Assembly (NCBI GenBank): GCA_964543815.1 | Contig: CAZIZG010000005.1 | Location: forward strand, 9,424 to 73,423 | DNA length: 64,000 nt | Reading direction: 5' to 3' | Source of the DNA: an uncultured Bdellovibrionales bacterium | GTDB lineage: Bacteria > Patescibacteriota > Minisyncoccia > Moranbacterales > UBA1568 | In this document: piece after piece, positions 29,297 through 38,347 of the stretch | Layout: every line of letters begins with the position of its first letter | How positions within the stretch are numbered: the first letter of the stretch is position 1 | Notes under the pieces: model-generated | The model's database searches: none | Told to the model about the DNA's origin: nothing | What the model saw: only the letters and a program-made list of their open reading frames with translations | Position numbers and translations under genes: made by a program

Positions 29297-30952
29297 ATGT
29301 TTTGTACAGATATACCAAGTCCAATTGCGCTGATTTTTTCGAGTTCAACGCCCCAGTTGTTGTATTATTCTCACCTCCCCGCTGTTTTTTCAGCAGTTCT
29401 TGTTGGGTTGCTTATTTATTCAAAAAATAAGACTTTACAAGCAAAGTTGTTACTAACGTTGGTTCTATTGTTCTCGCTTTGGAATTTCATTGATCTTGTG
29501 AATTGGACAAATGTTGATAGTCGAAGGATTATGCTGACTTGGTCGATAATGAATTTTGTCGCTATTTTAATTGCAGTAACCACGCTTTATTTTTCGTACG
29601 CTTTTTTGGAAAAAAAGGATGTATCATGGAAAATAAAGTATATTGTGGCTACCCTGATTCTCCCGTACCTCATTCTTCTTCCGACATCAATGAATATTTC
29701 CGTGTTTGACCTGTCTCTTTGTGAGGCAGAGGAGGGTATACTAACTCTATATTTTTACTTCTTGCAAGGGGTATTTTTATTGTGGACGCCATCCTACTTG
29801 ATATATCGGTATATCAATACGCCAAGCCAAAAAAAAGCCGAGGTCTCATTTCTCGCTCTCGGAGTTCTATTTTTTCTTATGTTATTTTTTGGGGGAACCT
29901 TTGTAGCATCGTATAGCGGTGTTTGGGAGTATGAGCAGTATGGACTTTTCGGCATGATTTTATTCCTTGGACTGCTGACAGTGCTTGTTGTTCGTTATCA
30001 AGCCTTCAATGTTCGAATGATTGGAGCGCAGGCATTAGTGCTTGCGTTGGTGCTTTTGATTGGGTCACAGTACTTTTTTACGGTAGATGCCACTAATTTA
30101 ATTTTAATTTCAATTACTCTTCTACTCACCTTTGTTTTTGGTATCATTCTCATTCGCTCGGTCAAAGAGGAGGTGCGGAGAAAAGAAGAGTTACAGGTTT
30201 TGACCCAGGAGCTGGCGCAGGCCAATCAGGAACTTAAGCGGTTGGATGCGGCTAAGAGCGAATTTATCTCCATTGCTTCGCACCAGCTGCGGACGCCACT
30301 GACCGCTATTAAGGGCTATATTTCGCTTGTGCTTGAGGGCTCCTACGGCAAGGTAATTCCATCGGTGCAGGATGTTTTGAACAAAGTATATCTCGTCAAC
30401 AATCGTATGGGTCAACTGGTTGAGGACTTGCTGAGTATTTCTCGGATTGAATCCGGTCGGGTCCAGTATAATTTTGTTGAGGCGCAACTTGAGCCGATGG
30501 TGGCAGACATCGTGGATATGTTCGCGCTCATGGCTAAGGACAAAAAATTATCTCTCAAAATAAAGTTGCCCAAGAAGTCACTTCCAAAGTTGACGCTTGA
30601 TGTCAACAAAATGCGAGAGGTGGTTTCTAATCTTATCGATAACGCTCTCAAATATACCAAAGAGGGCGGTGTGACGGTCGAGGTAGATGAGGAGCCTGGT
30701 TTTGCGGTTGTTAGGGTGAGGGATACCGGTATTGGGGTTGACCCGAGAGATACTGATCGTCTCTTCGAAAAGTTTACTCGGAGTACAGAAACGATGAAGC
30801 TTGATGTCTCCGGAACAGGACTCGGTCTCTATGTTGGCAAAAATTTTGTTCAGGCTCATGGCGGGACACTTGCCGTCGAGTCTGAGGGAGCCGGCAAAGG
30901 GGCCTGCTTCATTATTCGGCTGCCACTGAAGTCTGCTGTTCAGAAAGGTTGA
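29297..30952 (+). CDS. sensor histidine kinase with multi-TM (HisKA-7TM-like) input domain
   Basis: H-box SHQLRTPLT, NLIDNALKY, DTGIG, GTGLGL; hydrophobic N-terminal half. Confidence 0.92.
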   Translation: MFCTDIPSPIALIFSSSTPQLLYYSHLPAVFSAVLVGLLIYSKNKTLQAKLLLTLVLLFSLWNFIDLVNWTNVDSRRIMLTWSIMNFVAILIAVTTLYFSYAFLEKKDVSWKIKYIVATLILPYLILLPTSMNISVFDLSLCEAEEGILTLYFYFLQGVFLLWTPSYLIYRYINTPSQKKAEVSFLALGVLFFLMLFFGGTFVASYSGVWEYEQYGLFGMILFLGLLTVLVVRYQAFNVRMIGAQALVLALVLLIGSQYFFTVDATNLILISITLLLTFVFGIILIRSVKEEVRRKEELQVLTQELAQANQELKRLDAAKSEFISIASHQLRTPLTAIKGYISLVLEGSYGKVIPSVQDVLNKVYLVNNRMGQLVEDLLSISRIESGRVQYNFVEAQLEPMVADIVDMFALMAKDKKLSLKIKLPKKSLPKLTLDVNKMREVVSNLIDNALKYTKEGGVTVEVDEEPGFAVVRVRDTGIGVDPRDTDRLFEKFTRSTETMKLDVSGTGLGLYVGKNFVQAHGGTLAVESEGAGKGACFIIRLPLKSAVQKG

Positions 30953-31006
30953 TGGTGAGCTACTTTTCTGGTACCGTGGAAATGATATATAACCAAATTC
31001 AAGTCT

Positions 31007-31819
31007 ATGTCGAGAATTTTGTTGGTAGAGGATGACCCGTTTATTGCTGAAATATACAAGAAAAAATTAGAGAGTTCCGGTTTTGAGCTCGTGAACGTGA
31101 CTTCCGGCCGAGCTGTTCTTAAAGAAGTGAAAGAAAAAAATTTTGATCTCATTTTGCTTGATTTGGTGTTGCCCGAAATGAGTGGCACTGAGGTGCTAAG
31201 TGAACTTCGACACAACAAAGAGTATGACCCGAATCTCAAGATAGTAGTTTTCAGTAATTTGAGTAGTAGCGAAGATCGAGAACAGGTTTTGCGACTTGGT
31301 GCCAATGGTTTTATCTCCAAGACGGAATTTTCACCATCGGAAGTGGTGGGGGAAATTGAGCGTTTTTTGCGGCAATTCAGAGAACAGGACAAGAATTCCG
31401 CTGCAGAGGCCCAGGTACCAGAAGAAAAAAAGACGCTTGGTAAAAAAATCCTTCTCATTGAGGATGAAGCTGTTTTTGTTGAGATGTTCAGTAAGCGGTT
31501 GCGCAGTGAAGGGTACGAGGTGACCACGGAGCAAAACGGAGAGGCTGGTCTCAAGACCGCTCTTTCACAATCATTTGACCTCATTATTACGGATGTTATG
31601 ATGCCCAACATGGATGGGCGAGAATTTATCGGAAAACTCAAGGAGGAGGAGGCGGGTAAAAATGTTCCTATTTTTCTCCTCTCAGCTTCTGTGTCAATCG
31701 AGGATGAAAGCGTCAGGACGTTAACGGATGCGGGGATTGTTACCAAAGCCTTTCTCAAAACAGAAATTACTCCCAGTGAGCTGACCTATGCGGTCAATGA
31801 TTATTTTTCTGGTAAATAG
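31007..31819 (+). CDS. response regulator with two receiver domains and no output domain
   Basis: ILLVEDD...DLVLPEMSG and ILLIEDE...DVMMPNMDG. Confidence 0.9.
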   Translation: MSRILLVEDDPFIAEIYKKKLESSGFELVNVTSGRAVLKEVKEKNFDLILLDLVLPEMSGTEVLSELRHNKEYDPNLKIVVFSNLSSSEDREQVLRLGANGFISKTEFSPSEVVGEIERFLRQFREQDKNSAAEAQVPEEKKTLGKKILLIEDEAVFVEMFSKRLRSEGYEVTTEQNGEAGLKTALSQSFDLIITDVMMPNMDGREFIGKLKEEEAGKNVPIFLLSASVSIEDESVRTLTDAGIVTKAFLKTEITPSELTYAVNDYFSGK

Positions 31820-31843
31820 AACGATTTTTTAACGGATGAGAGT

Positions 31844-33169
31844 ATGGAACGAATACTGATACAAGAAGCGGTCAATCAAGTTGGTACCGAGGTGAAGCTT
31901 TCTGGTTGGATTAGCGTCCGTCGGGATCATGGTAAACTCATCTTTTTTGAGTTGCGAGACCGAAGTGGTCGAGTGCAACTCGTGATTACCCCGGAGAAAT
32001 CTGAAGTTATTGAGGTGGCCAAGGATGTCCGTTCTGAGTATGCGGTGATGGTGACCGGATTAGTGAAGGAACGACCAGTGAAGAAGGGACAAGAAGTTAA
32101 GCAATCAACCGATCAGATTGAGGTAGAGGTGACGGGGTTGTCTGTTCTCAGTAAGCCCGTGGAAGATTTGCCTGTTGATGTTTCTCAGTCGGAAATGAAT
32201 TTGCAGCTTGAAACCCTCCTCAACTATCGGACGGCGACACTCCGTAACTCCAAGGTTCAGGCTATTTTTGATGTATATGACGCTCTTCTTGCTGGCTATG
32301 CTCTCTTTATGCGAAGCGAAGGGTTTCGAGAAATCAAGACTCCTAAAATTCTCTCGGCTGCTACAGAAGGCGGAGCCAATTTTTTCAAAATCAAGTATTT
32401 TGATCGAGATGCTTACCTGGCCCAGAGCCCCCAGTTTTATAAGCAGGCAGGTATGAGCGCTTTCGAGCGCGTGTTTGAAGTCGGGTCTGTTTTTCGAGCT
32501 GAACCGAGTTATACCACTCGTCACGTGACTGAGTTCACTGGCTTGGATGCGGAGATGGGATTTATTGAGAGCATGGAGGATGTCATGATGATGCTCGAGA
32601 GGACCATTCATTCTGTTTTGAAGCATATCGGAGCGACGTGTCAGTCATCACTCGCTCTCTATGGGGCAGTTATTCCTGAGCCGGTTGCTATTCCGCGTAT
32701 CCGGCTCTCTGAAGCGTTCGAAATTTTGAAAAGAGAGTATGGCAAGGTTCTGGAAGAAGGGGATATTGATGGTGAAGGTGAGCGGATGATTGGAGAGTAT
32801 GTAAAGAAGAAATACAATTCTGACTTTGTATTTTTGACGCATTATCCGACGGCTACCCGCGCTTTCTACAGTTTACCCAGTCCAGAAAATCCCAAAGTGT
32901 GCGAATCGTATGACTTGGTATTCCGGGGAGTGGAAATTGCCTCGGGTGCCCAGCGTGTCCATGACTATGATCAATTGAAGAGTATTATCGAAGGCCGAGG
33001 ATTAGACCCAGAATCTTTCAAAGATTACCTTGATATTTTCAAGTATGGTGCTCCGCCGCATGGCGGCTGGGGATTGGGGAGTGAGCGTATTGTTCAGAAG
33101 TTGCTCGGTCTCGCTTCCATCAAAGAGGCTATCCTCTATCCACGGGATGTGAAGCGTCTGACGCCGTAG
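31844..33169 (+). CDS. aspS: aspartate--tRNA ligase, short non-discriminating type
   Basis: ATEGGANFF, YLAQSPQFYKQ, FRAE, GAPPHGGWGLG; 441 aa without the GAD insert. Confidence 0.9.
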   Translation: MERILIQEAVNQVGTEVKLSGWISVRRDHGKLIFFELRDRSGRVQLVITPEKSEVIEVAKDVRSEYAVMVTGLVKERPVKKGQEVKQSTDQIEVEVTGLSVLSKPVEDLPVDVSQSEMNLQLETLLNYRTATLRNSKVQAIFDVYDALLAGYALFMRSEGFREIKTPKILSAATEGGANFFKIKYFDRDAYLAQSPQFYKQAGMSAFERVFEVGSVFRAEPSYTTRHVTEFTGLDAEMGFIESMEDVMMMLERTIHSVLKHIGATCQSSLALYGAVIPEPVAIPRIRLSEAFEILKREYGKVLEEGDIDGEGERMIGEYVKKKYNSDFVFLTHYPTATRAFYSLPSPENPKVCESYDLVFRGVEIASGAQRVHDYDQLKSIIEGRGLDPESFKDYLDIFKYGAPPHGGWGLGSERIVQKLLGLASIKEAILYPRDVKRLTP

Positions 33170-33192
33170 GTTTTGCCAAAAGCAAAAGAGAG

Positions 33193-33218
33193 AAACCTGC
33201 CTAGAAGGCAGGTTTTTA
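33193..33218 (+). terminator. intrinsic terminator after aspS
   Basis: AAACCTGCCT/AGGCAGGTTT followed by T residues. Confidence 0.7.
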
Positions 33219-33300
33219 TTTCAAGGCTGGAAAAATTCTTGGGGATGGGATAGAATGGGGAATGTCCCATTTTTGAGCCCGTTTGGGGAATTTTTCGGCT

Positions 33301-34395
33301 ATGTCGAGTCTTGAGCGTTTTATCAAAAACTTCCAAAAAGGCCTTATTGATAGGTTTTTTAGTCATTTGTCCCAGGATATAGGGATTGATTTGGGGACGG
33401 CTAATACTCTCGTCTATGTCCGGGGGAAGGGCATAGTGATCAATGAACCATCAGTAGTGGCTGTCAATCAGCGTACCGGGCAAATTTTGGCTATTGGGCG
33501 CGAAGCCAAGAAGATGGTTGGGAAAACCCCAGGCCATATCGTCGCCACCCGACCACTGGTGGATGGTGTTATTAGTGATTTCGAGGTGACGGAACAAATG
33601 CTTCGTTATTTTATTAACCGGGTTAATCAGGATAATTTTTCTTTTCTTCGGCGACCCCGGGTCCTTATCGGTATTCCTTCTGGTGTAACAGAGGTGGAAA
33701 AGCGAGCGGTTATTGAGGCTGCCATGAATGCCGGAGCACGACAGGCTTTTCTTATTGATGAGCCGATGGCTGCAGCTATTGGCGCGCGACTTCCGGTAAC
33801 GGATGCTGCTGGTAATATGGTGGTGGATATCGGGGGTGGCACAACTGAAATCGCCGTTATTTCACTTGGCGGTGTGGTCATTTCCCGTAGCTTGCGTATT
33901 GCTGGTGACGAAATGAATGAGGACATCGTGCGCTACAGTCGAGATGAGTTCAATATTCTCATAGGAGAGCGGACAGCAGAAGAAGCGAAGATCACTATCG
34001 GGAGCGCGTATCCGCAGCGTGAGCGCCTGACATTTCCCCTTCGCGGTCGTGATTTGGTTTCGGGTTTACCCAAGGAAGTGTTGGCATCGGATGAGCATAT
34101 TCGAGAGGCGCTGTCGCGATCCATCCGTATCATCGTGAATAATATCAAGACTATTGTGGAGGAAACTCCACCGGAATTGTTGGCTGATGTGATGCAGCGC
34201 GGTATTATTCTCGCGGGTGGAGGGAGTCTTATTCGCGGGATGGATAAGCTCATCGCTAACCAGACGGGTATCCCAGTACGTATGATGGAGGATCCGCTCA
34301 CTGCGGTGGTTCGAGGCACTGGTATTGTGCTTGACGATATGGAGAGTCTCAAAGAGGTTCTTATCGAAGAGGAGCCAAACAAGCCCTTGGGCTAG
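33301..34395 (+). CDS. mreB: rod shape-determining protein MreB
   Basis: DIGIDLGTANT, EPMAAAIGA, VDIGGGTTE. Confidence 0.96.
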   Translation: MSSLERFIKNFQKGLIDRFFSHLSQDIGIDLGTANTLVYVRGKGIVINEPSVVAVNQRTGQILAIGREAKKMVGKTPGHIVATRPLVDGVISDFEVTEQMLRYFINRVNQDNFSFLRRPRVLIGIPSGVTEVEKRAVIEAAMNAGARQAFLIDEPMAAAIGARLPVTDAAGNMVVDIGGGTTEIAVISLGGVVISRSLRIAGDEMNEDIVRYSRDEFNILIGERTAEEAKITIGSAYPQRERLTFPLRGRDLVSGLPKEVLASDEHIREALSRSIRIIVNNIKTIVEETPPELLADVMQRGIILAGGGSLIRGMDKLIANQTGIPVRMMEDPLTAVVRGTGIVLDDMESLKEVLIEEEPNKPLG

Positions 34396-34418
34396 TAATT
34401 GGTAATGATTGTTTTAAA

Positions 34419-35243
34419 ATGGCGCTCCGACAGAAATTTACACAGACAAAGTTCTTTCGAGCCCTGATGGCAGTGGCTATTCTCTTGTTGTGTATTTTTT
34501 TTCCGCCTCGTTTTGTATTGGAGCCACTTCGAACTGTCCTCGCAACCGTTGCTTGGCCCTTACAGGTTGTATTGGCACCTCTGGCGTTTGAGGTCAAAGA
34601 TACTCTCTATTTTCTCGGTTCAATAGGTGAACTGAAAAATGAAAATGAGCGATTGATGCGTGAAAATATTCGATTGCAGGCCGAAAATGTCAAATGGCAA
34701 TCGGTCGCATCGGAGAATGATGCCCTTCGTACGGAAATCGGACTTTTGCCGAAAGAAAAATATGAATTGGAAGCGACAGAGGTAATTGGACGCGATGCCG
34801 CCGGACTTGGGAATTGGCTGACCGTCGATCGGGGGAGTTTTCAGGGAGTTGAGCGGGGGATGCCGGTCATTGTTTCAGGAGGCGTTCTTGTGGGGAGAGT
34901 GGCTGAGGTTTTTCCGCATAGTGCTCGGGTGATGCTTCTCTCTCATCCAGATAGCTTAGTGAGTGGGGTAACTACCGAGGGGAACGCTCAGGGTATTGCG
35001 AAGGGGGAATATGGCCTGGGAATTCTTTTTGATATGGTCCTTCAGGATTCGACACTTCATGCTTCGGACCGGGTTCTCACGTCGGGTCTCGGTGGGGACT
35101 TTCCAAAAAATCTGTTGATTGGGACGCTTCAGGAGCCTAAACCGTCAACTGACCATCTGTACCAACGGGCTTCGATTGTTTCTCCAGTAAATTTTCAATC
35201 GTTGCAGTACGTTTTCATTATCAAACATGTTTTTTCATCATGA
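34419..35243 (+). CDS. mreC: rod shape-determining protein MreC
   Basis: TM, coiled coil, DRGSFQGVERGMPV, TSGLGGDFP; follows mreB. Confidence 0.92.
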   Translation: MALRQKFTQTKFFRALMAVAILLLCIFFPPRFVLEPLRTVLATVAWPLQVVLAPLAFEVKDTLYFLGSIGELKNENERLMRENIRLQAENVKWQSVASENDALRTEIGLLPKEKYELEATEVIGRDAAGLGNWLTVDRGSFQGVERGMPVIVSGGVLVGRVAEVFPHSARVMLLSHPDSLVSGVTTEGNAQGIAKGEYGLGILFDMVLQDSTLHASDRVLTSGLGGDFPKNLLIGTLQEPKPSTDHLYQRASIVSPVNFQSLQYVFIIKHVFSS

Positions 35244-35782
35244 AGGTCTTTTTTCTCCGCAGTGCATTTTTTATACTTCTCGTTTTTCTCCAGATTTCTT
35301 TTTTTGGTATCATTTTCCCTTGGTTCCATGCCCCATTATTTTTGATAGGTGTTGTTGTTGCTATGACGCTTGTGCGGAGTTTTCCCGATGTGCTTTTTAT
35401 CGTGCTTCCGGTTACGCTTCTCTTTGATGTTGCTTCGAGTGGTACGATTACCTGGTTCTCCGTTTTTGCAATCCTGACATCTTATGTGACGAGTTTTCTT
35501 TTGAGGCGGCTTATGATTGATCATCGAGGGATGGGGCTGGTGCTGTATGCTCTTGAGTCGTACGGAGCAACACTGCTGTACCAAGGAGTTTTCTTTGCTC
35601 TGCTCTATCGTCAGACAATAGTTGATCATACCGTAATGATTTCAAATTTGCCCTCTGTTGATAGTCTGCTGTTCGCTCTTGTTTCGTTCATCCCTGTTTT
35701 TTTTCTGACATACGTCATAGTACGACGGTTCGAGGATTTCATTGAGGTGCTCAATCAGAAGCAGTTCCGCGGTATTCGCTAA
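35240..35782 (+). CDS. mreD: rod shape-determining protein MreD (putative)
   Basis: polytopic membrane protein between mreC and pbp2. Confidence 0.7.
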   Translation: MKVFFLRSAFFILLVFLQISFFGIIFPWFHAPLFLIGVVVAMTLVRSFPDVLFIVLPVTLLFDVASSGTITWFSVFAILTSYVTSFLLRRLMIDHRGMGLVLYALESYGATLLYQGVFFALLYRQTIVDHTVMISNLPSVDSLLFALVSFIPVFFLTYVIVRRFEDFIEVLNQKQFRGIR

Positions 35783-35786
35783 TCGT

Positions 35787-37673
35787 ATGGGAATATTTGT
35801 CCGTAAAGGCATATTTTTACACAACAAAGGCGGTATTGAAATTGATGATGCCGTATTGACCATGACCGAGAAGGATGCTGTCAAAATGGAATGGCCGCTC
35901 AATCGTTCCCTTTCTCTTTGGTTCTTCTTTGTAATGGGGCTATTTCTTGCGGTATTGGGAGGCCGAGTTTTCTATCTCAGTATTATTAAGGGCGAGGAGT
36001 ATAGCTCCATAGCGCTTCGTAATAGTTTGCGGGCTATTATTATTCCGGCGCCTCGCGGCATTATGTATGATACGTTTGGTAAACCTCTGGTACAGAATAC
36101 CCCCAGTATGGATGCGGTCTTGATCCCAGCTGATATGCCAACTGATGGGGAGGCACTTAGCATGTTAAAGCGCTTGATAGCCGATACCTTTTCCCTTGAT
36201 GGAGCAGTTATAGATGATGTTTTTGACCGTATTGATCGGCGTTCGACCCTACCACTTCTTCTCAAGGAACGTATCAGTCAGGAAGAAACGCTTTTGTACC
36301 TGAGTCGCAGCCGAGATTTGGTTGGAATCAACTTGTATAAAACAACCAAACGTAATTACATCGACAGCCTTATTTTTTCCCATGTCTTGGGATACGAAGG
36401 AAAAGTACGTAAGGAAGAACTTGTCACACATCCGGATTATTTGTTTACCGACTCTATTGGAAAGCAGGGCATAGAGAAAAGTTATGAGGAGTATCTGCGA
36501 GGCAAACACGGTTTTGAGCGGGTCGAGGTAGATGCTTTTGGTAAGGTCAAAAAGGAACTTGGCATAGTAGAACCGACGCCAGGTCAGGATCTCATACTCA
36601 ACATCGATGCTGATTTACAGAAGAAGCTTTTTGATAGTTTACAAGCCCTCCTTGAAAAAAATGACTTGAAACGAGCAGCGGCTGTGGCGCTCGACCCCCG
36701 GAATGGGGCCGTGCGGGCACTGGTGAGTTTGCCGAGTTTTGATAATAATTTGTTTGCTTCTGGCATTTCAACTGAGGCCTATCGAGCGCTCGCATCAGAT
36801 CCAGCCGAGCCACTTTTTAATCGAGTAGTATCAGGAGAATATCCTCCCGGTTCAACTATTAAACCAGTACTTGCCAGTGCGGCCCTTGCTGAGGGAGTCA
36901 TTGATGAACGTACGCAGATAGAGAGTCGTGGCGGGATTAGCGTGGGCAAATTCTTTTTTGGTGATTGGAAGGTTCATGGCTTTACTGATATCAGGCGGGC
37001 CATTGCGGTCTCGAGCGACGTGTTCTTTTATTCGGTAGGAGGTGGATATGGCAATACGCTCGGACTGGGTATGGATCGAATGAAGAAATACGAAGAATTA
37101 TTTGGATATGGATCCAAAACAGGAATTGATCTTGGTGGTGAAGCCAGTGGTCTTATCCCGGATTCGGCCTGGAAACTCAAGAAAATTGGCGAGCGATGGT
37201 ATGTCGGCGATGACTATCATGCGGCTATTGGTCAGGGTTTTGTCACCGCGACACCACTTCAGATTCTCAACTCTATCGCGGCTATTGCCAATGGAGGAAC
37301 GTTATATACACCACGTATCGTTGGTCAGATTCGTTCGTTTGATGGTAAAGTGACAGTGCTGCCACCAAAGATACTTCGTGCGGGTTTCATTGATTCAGAT
37401 ATTCTTCGTATCGTACGAGAGGGTATGCGTGAGACAGTGACAGAAGGGACGGCTCAGCCGCTTCGCGACCTTCCAGTAGCAGTGGCTGGCAAGACGGGAA
37501 CAGCTCAGTTTGGGACCGGAAAAAATACTCACGGTTGGTTTGTTTCTTTTGCGCCGTTTGAGGCACCAGAACTTTCTATGATTGTCCTAGTGGAGGGACA
37601 AGGTGAAGAGGGCTACAATGCGGTACCGGTAACCAAAGATGTCTATGAGTGGTACTTTACGCGGAATAAATAG
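35787..37673 (+). CDS. mrdA: penicillin-binding protein 2
   Basis: APRGIMYD, GKQGIEKSYE, PPGSTIKP, SSDVFFY, KTGTAQ. Confidence 0.93.
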   Translation: MGIFVRKGIFLHNKGGIEIDDAVLTMTEKDAVKMEWPLNRSLSLWFFFVMGLFLAVLGGRVFYLSIIKGEEYSSIALRNSLRAIIIPAPRGIMYDTFGKPLVQNTPSMDAVLIPADMPTDGEALSMLKRLIADTFSLDGAVIDDVFDRIDRRSTLPLLLKERISQEETLLYLSRSRDLVGINLYKTTKRNYIDSLIFSHVLGYEGKVRKEELVTHPDYLFTDSIGKQGIEKSYEEYLRGKHGFERVEVDAFGKVKKELGIVEPTPGQDLILNIDADLQKKLFDSLQALLEKNDLKRAAAVALDPRNGAVRALVSLPSFDNNLFASGISTEAYRALASDPAEPLFNRVVSGEYPPGSTIKPVLASAALAEGVIDERTQIESRGGISVGKFFFGDWKVHGFTDIRRAIAVSSDVFFYSVGGGYGNTLGLGMDRMKKYEELFGYGSKTGIDLGGEASGLIPDSAWKLKKIGERWYVGDDYHAAIGQGFVTATPLQILNSIAAIANGGTLYTPRIVGQIRSFDGKVTVLPPKILRAGFIDSDILRIVREGMRETVTEGTAQPLRDLPVAVAGKTGTAQFGTGKNTHGWFVSFAPFEAPELSMIVLVEGQGEEGYNAVPVTKDVYEWYFTRNK

Positions 37674-37705
37674 CATATTAATGGCTTTATAAAGCCATTA
37701 ATATG
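37674..37705. repeat. perfect 32-bp spacerless palindrome
   Basis: CATATTAATGGCTTTA|TAAAGCCATTAATATG. Confidence 0.85.
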
Positions 37706-37709
37706 AGCA

Positions 37710-37737
37710 TTGACAATCTTTAGAATTTTGGTAGTAT
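37710..37737 (+). promoter_or_regulatory. sigma70-type promoter for greA
   Basis: TTGACA-16 nt-TAGTAT with an extended -10 TG. Confidence 0.6.
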
Positions 37738-37805
37738 TGAGGAACTCTTAAACCAATTTTTCTTCTTTCCTTGGGGAGGAAGTTTTCTTTTGTAATAGCA
37801 CTATC

Positions 37806-38261
37806 ATGGCAAAAATTTTTACCGAGGAGGGTCTCAAAAAACTGAACGCTGAGCTCGAAGAGCGCAAGACGAAAATTCGTCATGAGATAGCGGAGGCCAT
37901 CAAGGAGGCCAAGGAGCAAGGTGATCTCTCTGAAAATGCCGAGTACTCAGAGGCCAAGCACAATCAAAACGAGAATGAATCTCGCATTGCTGAACTCGAA
38001 GGGATGCTCAAGGATTCTGTGGTGGCTGAGAAGCATAAAGGCACTTCAACAGTAGGAATGGGATCGAAACTAACGGTCAAAGTTCATGGTAAAGAGTTTC
38101 ATTTTGAAATTGTCGGTTCGAACGAAGTTGACCCATCCGCCGGTAAGATTTCCAATGAATCTCCGCTTGGCCAGGCTTTCTTGGGTAAAGGGAAGGGCGA
38201 CAAAGTTGAGGTGACTACTCCGGCTGCCACCGTCAAGTACGAAATTCTTTCTGTAAACTAA
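37806..38261 (+). CDS. greA: transcription elongation factor GreA
   Basis: GDLSENAEY, ISNESPLGQA. Confidence 0.97.
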   Translation: MAKIFTEEGLKKLNAELEERKTKIRHEIAEAIKEAKEQGDLSENAEYSEAKHNQNENESRIAELEGMLKDSVVAEKHKGTSTVGMGSKLTVKVHGKEFHFEIVGSNEVDPSAGKISNESPLGQAFLGKGKGDKVEVTTPAATVKYEILSVN

Positions 38262-38279
38262 CTCTTCCGTTGGAATCCT

Positions 38280-38319
38280 GACGTCTCACCGATTTCACTG
38301 GTGAGACGTCTTGCTTTTT
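38280..38319 (+). terminator. intrinsic terminator after greA
   Basis: GACGTCTCACC/GGTGAGACGTC with T-rich tail. Confidence 0.75.
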
Positions 38320-38347
38320 GCTTTAGAGGAGGCTACAATGGGTCCAT

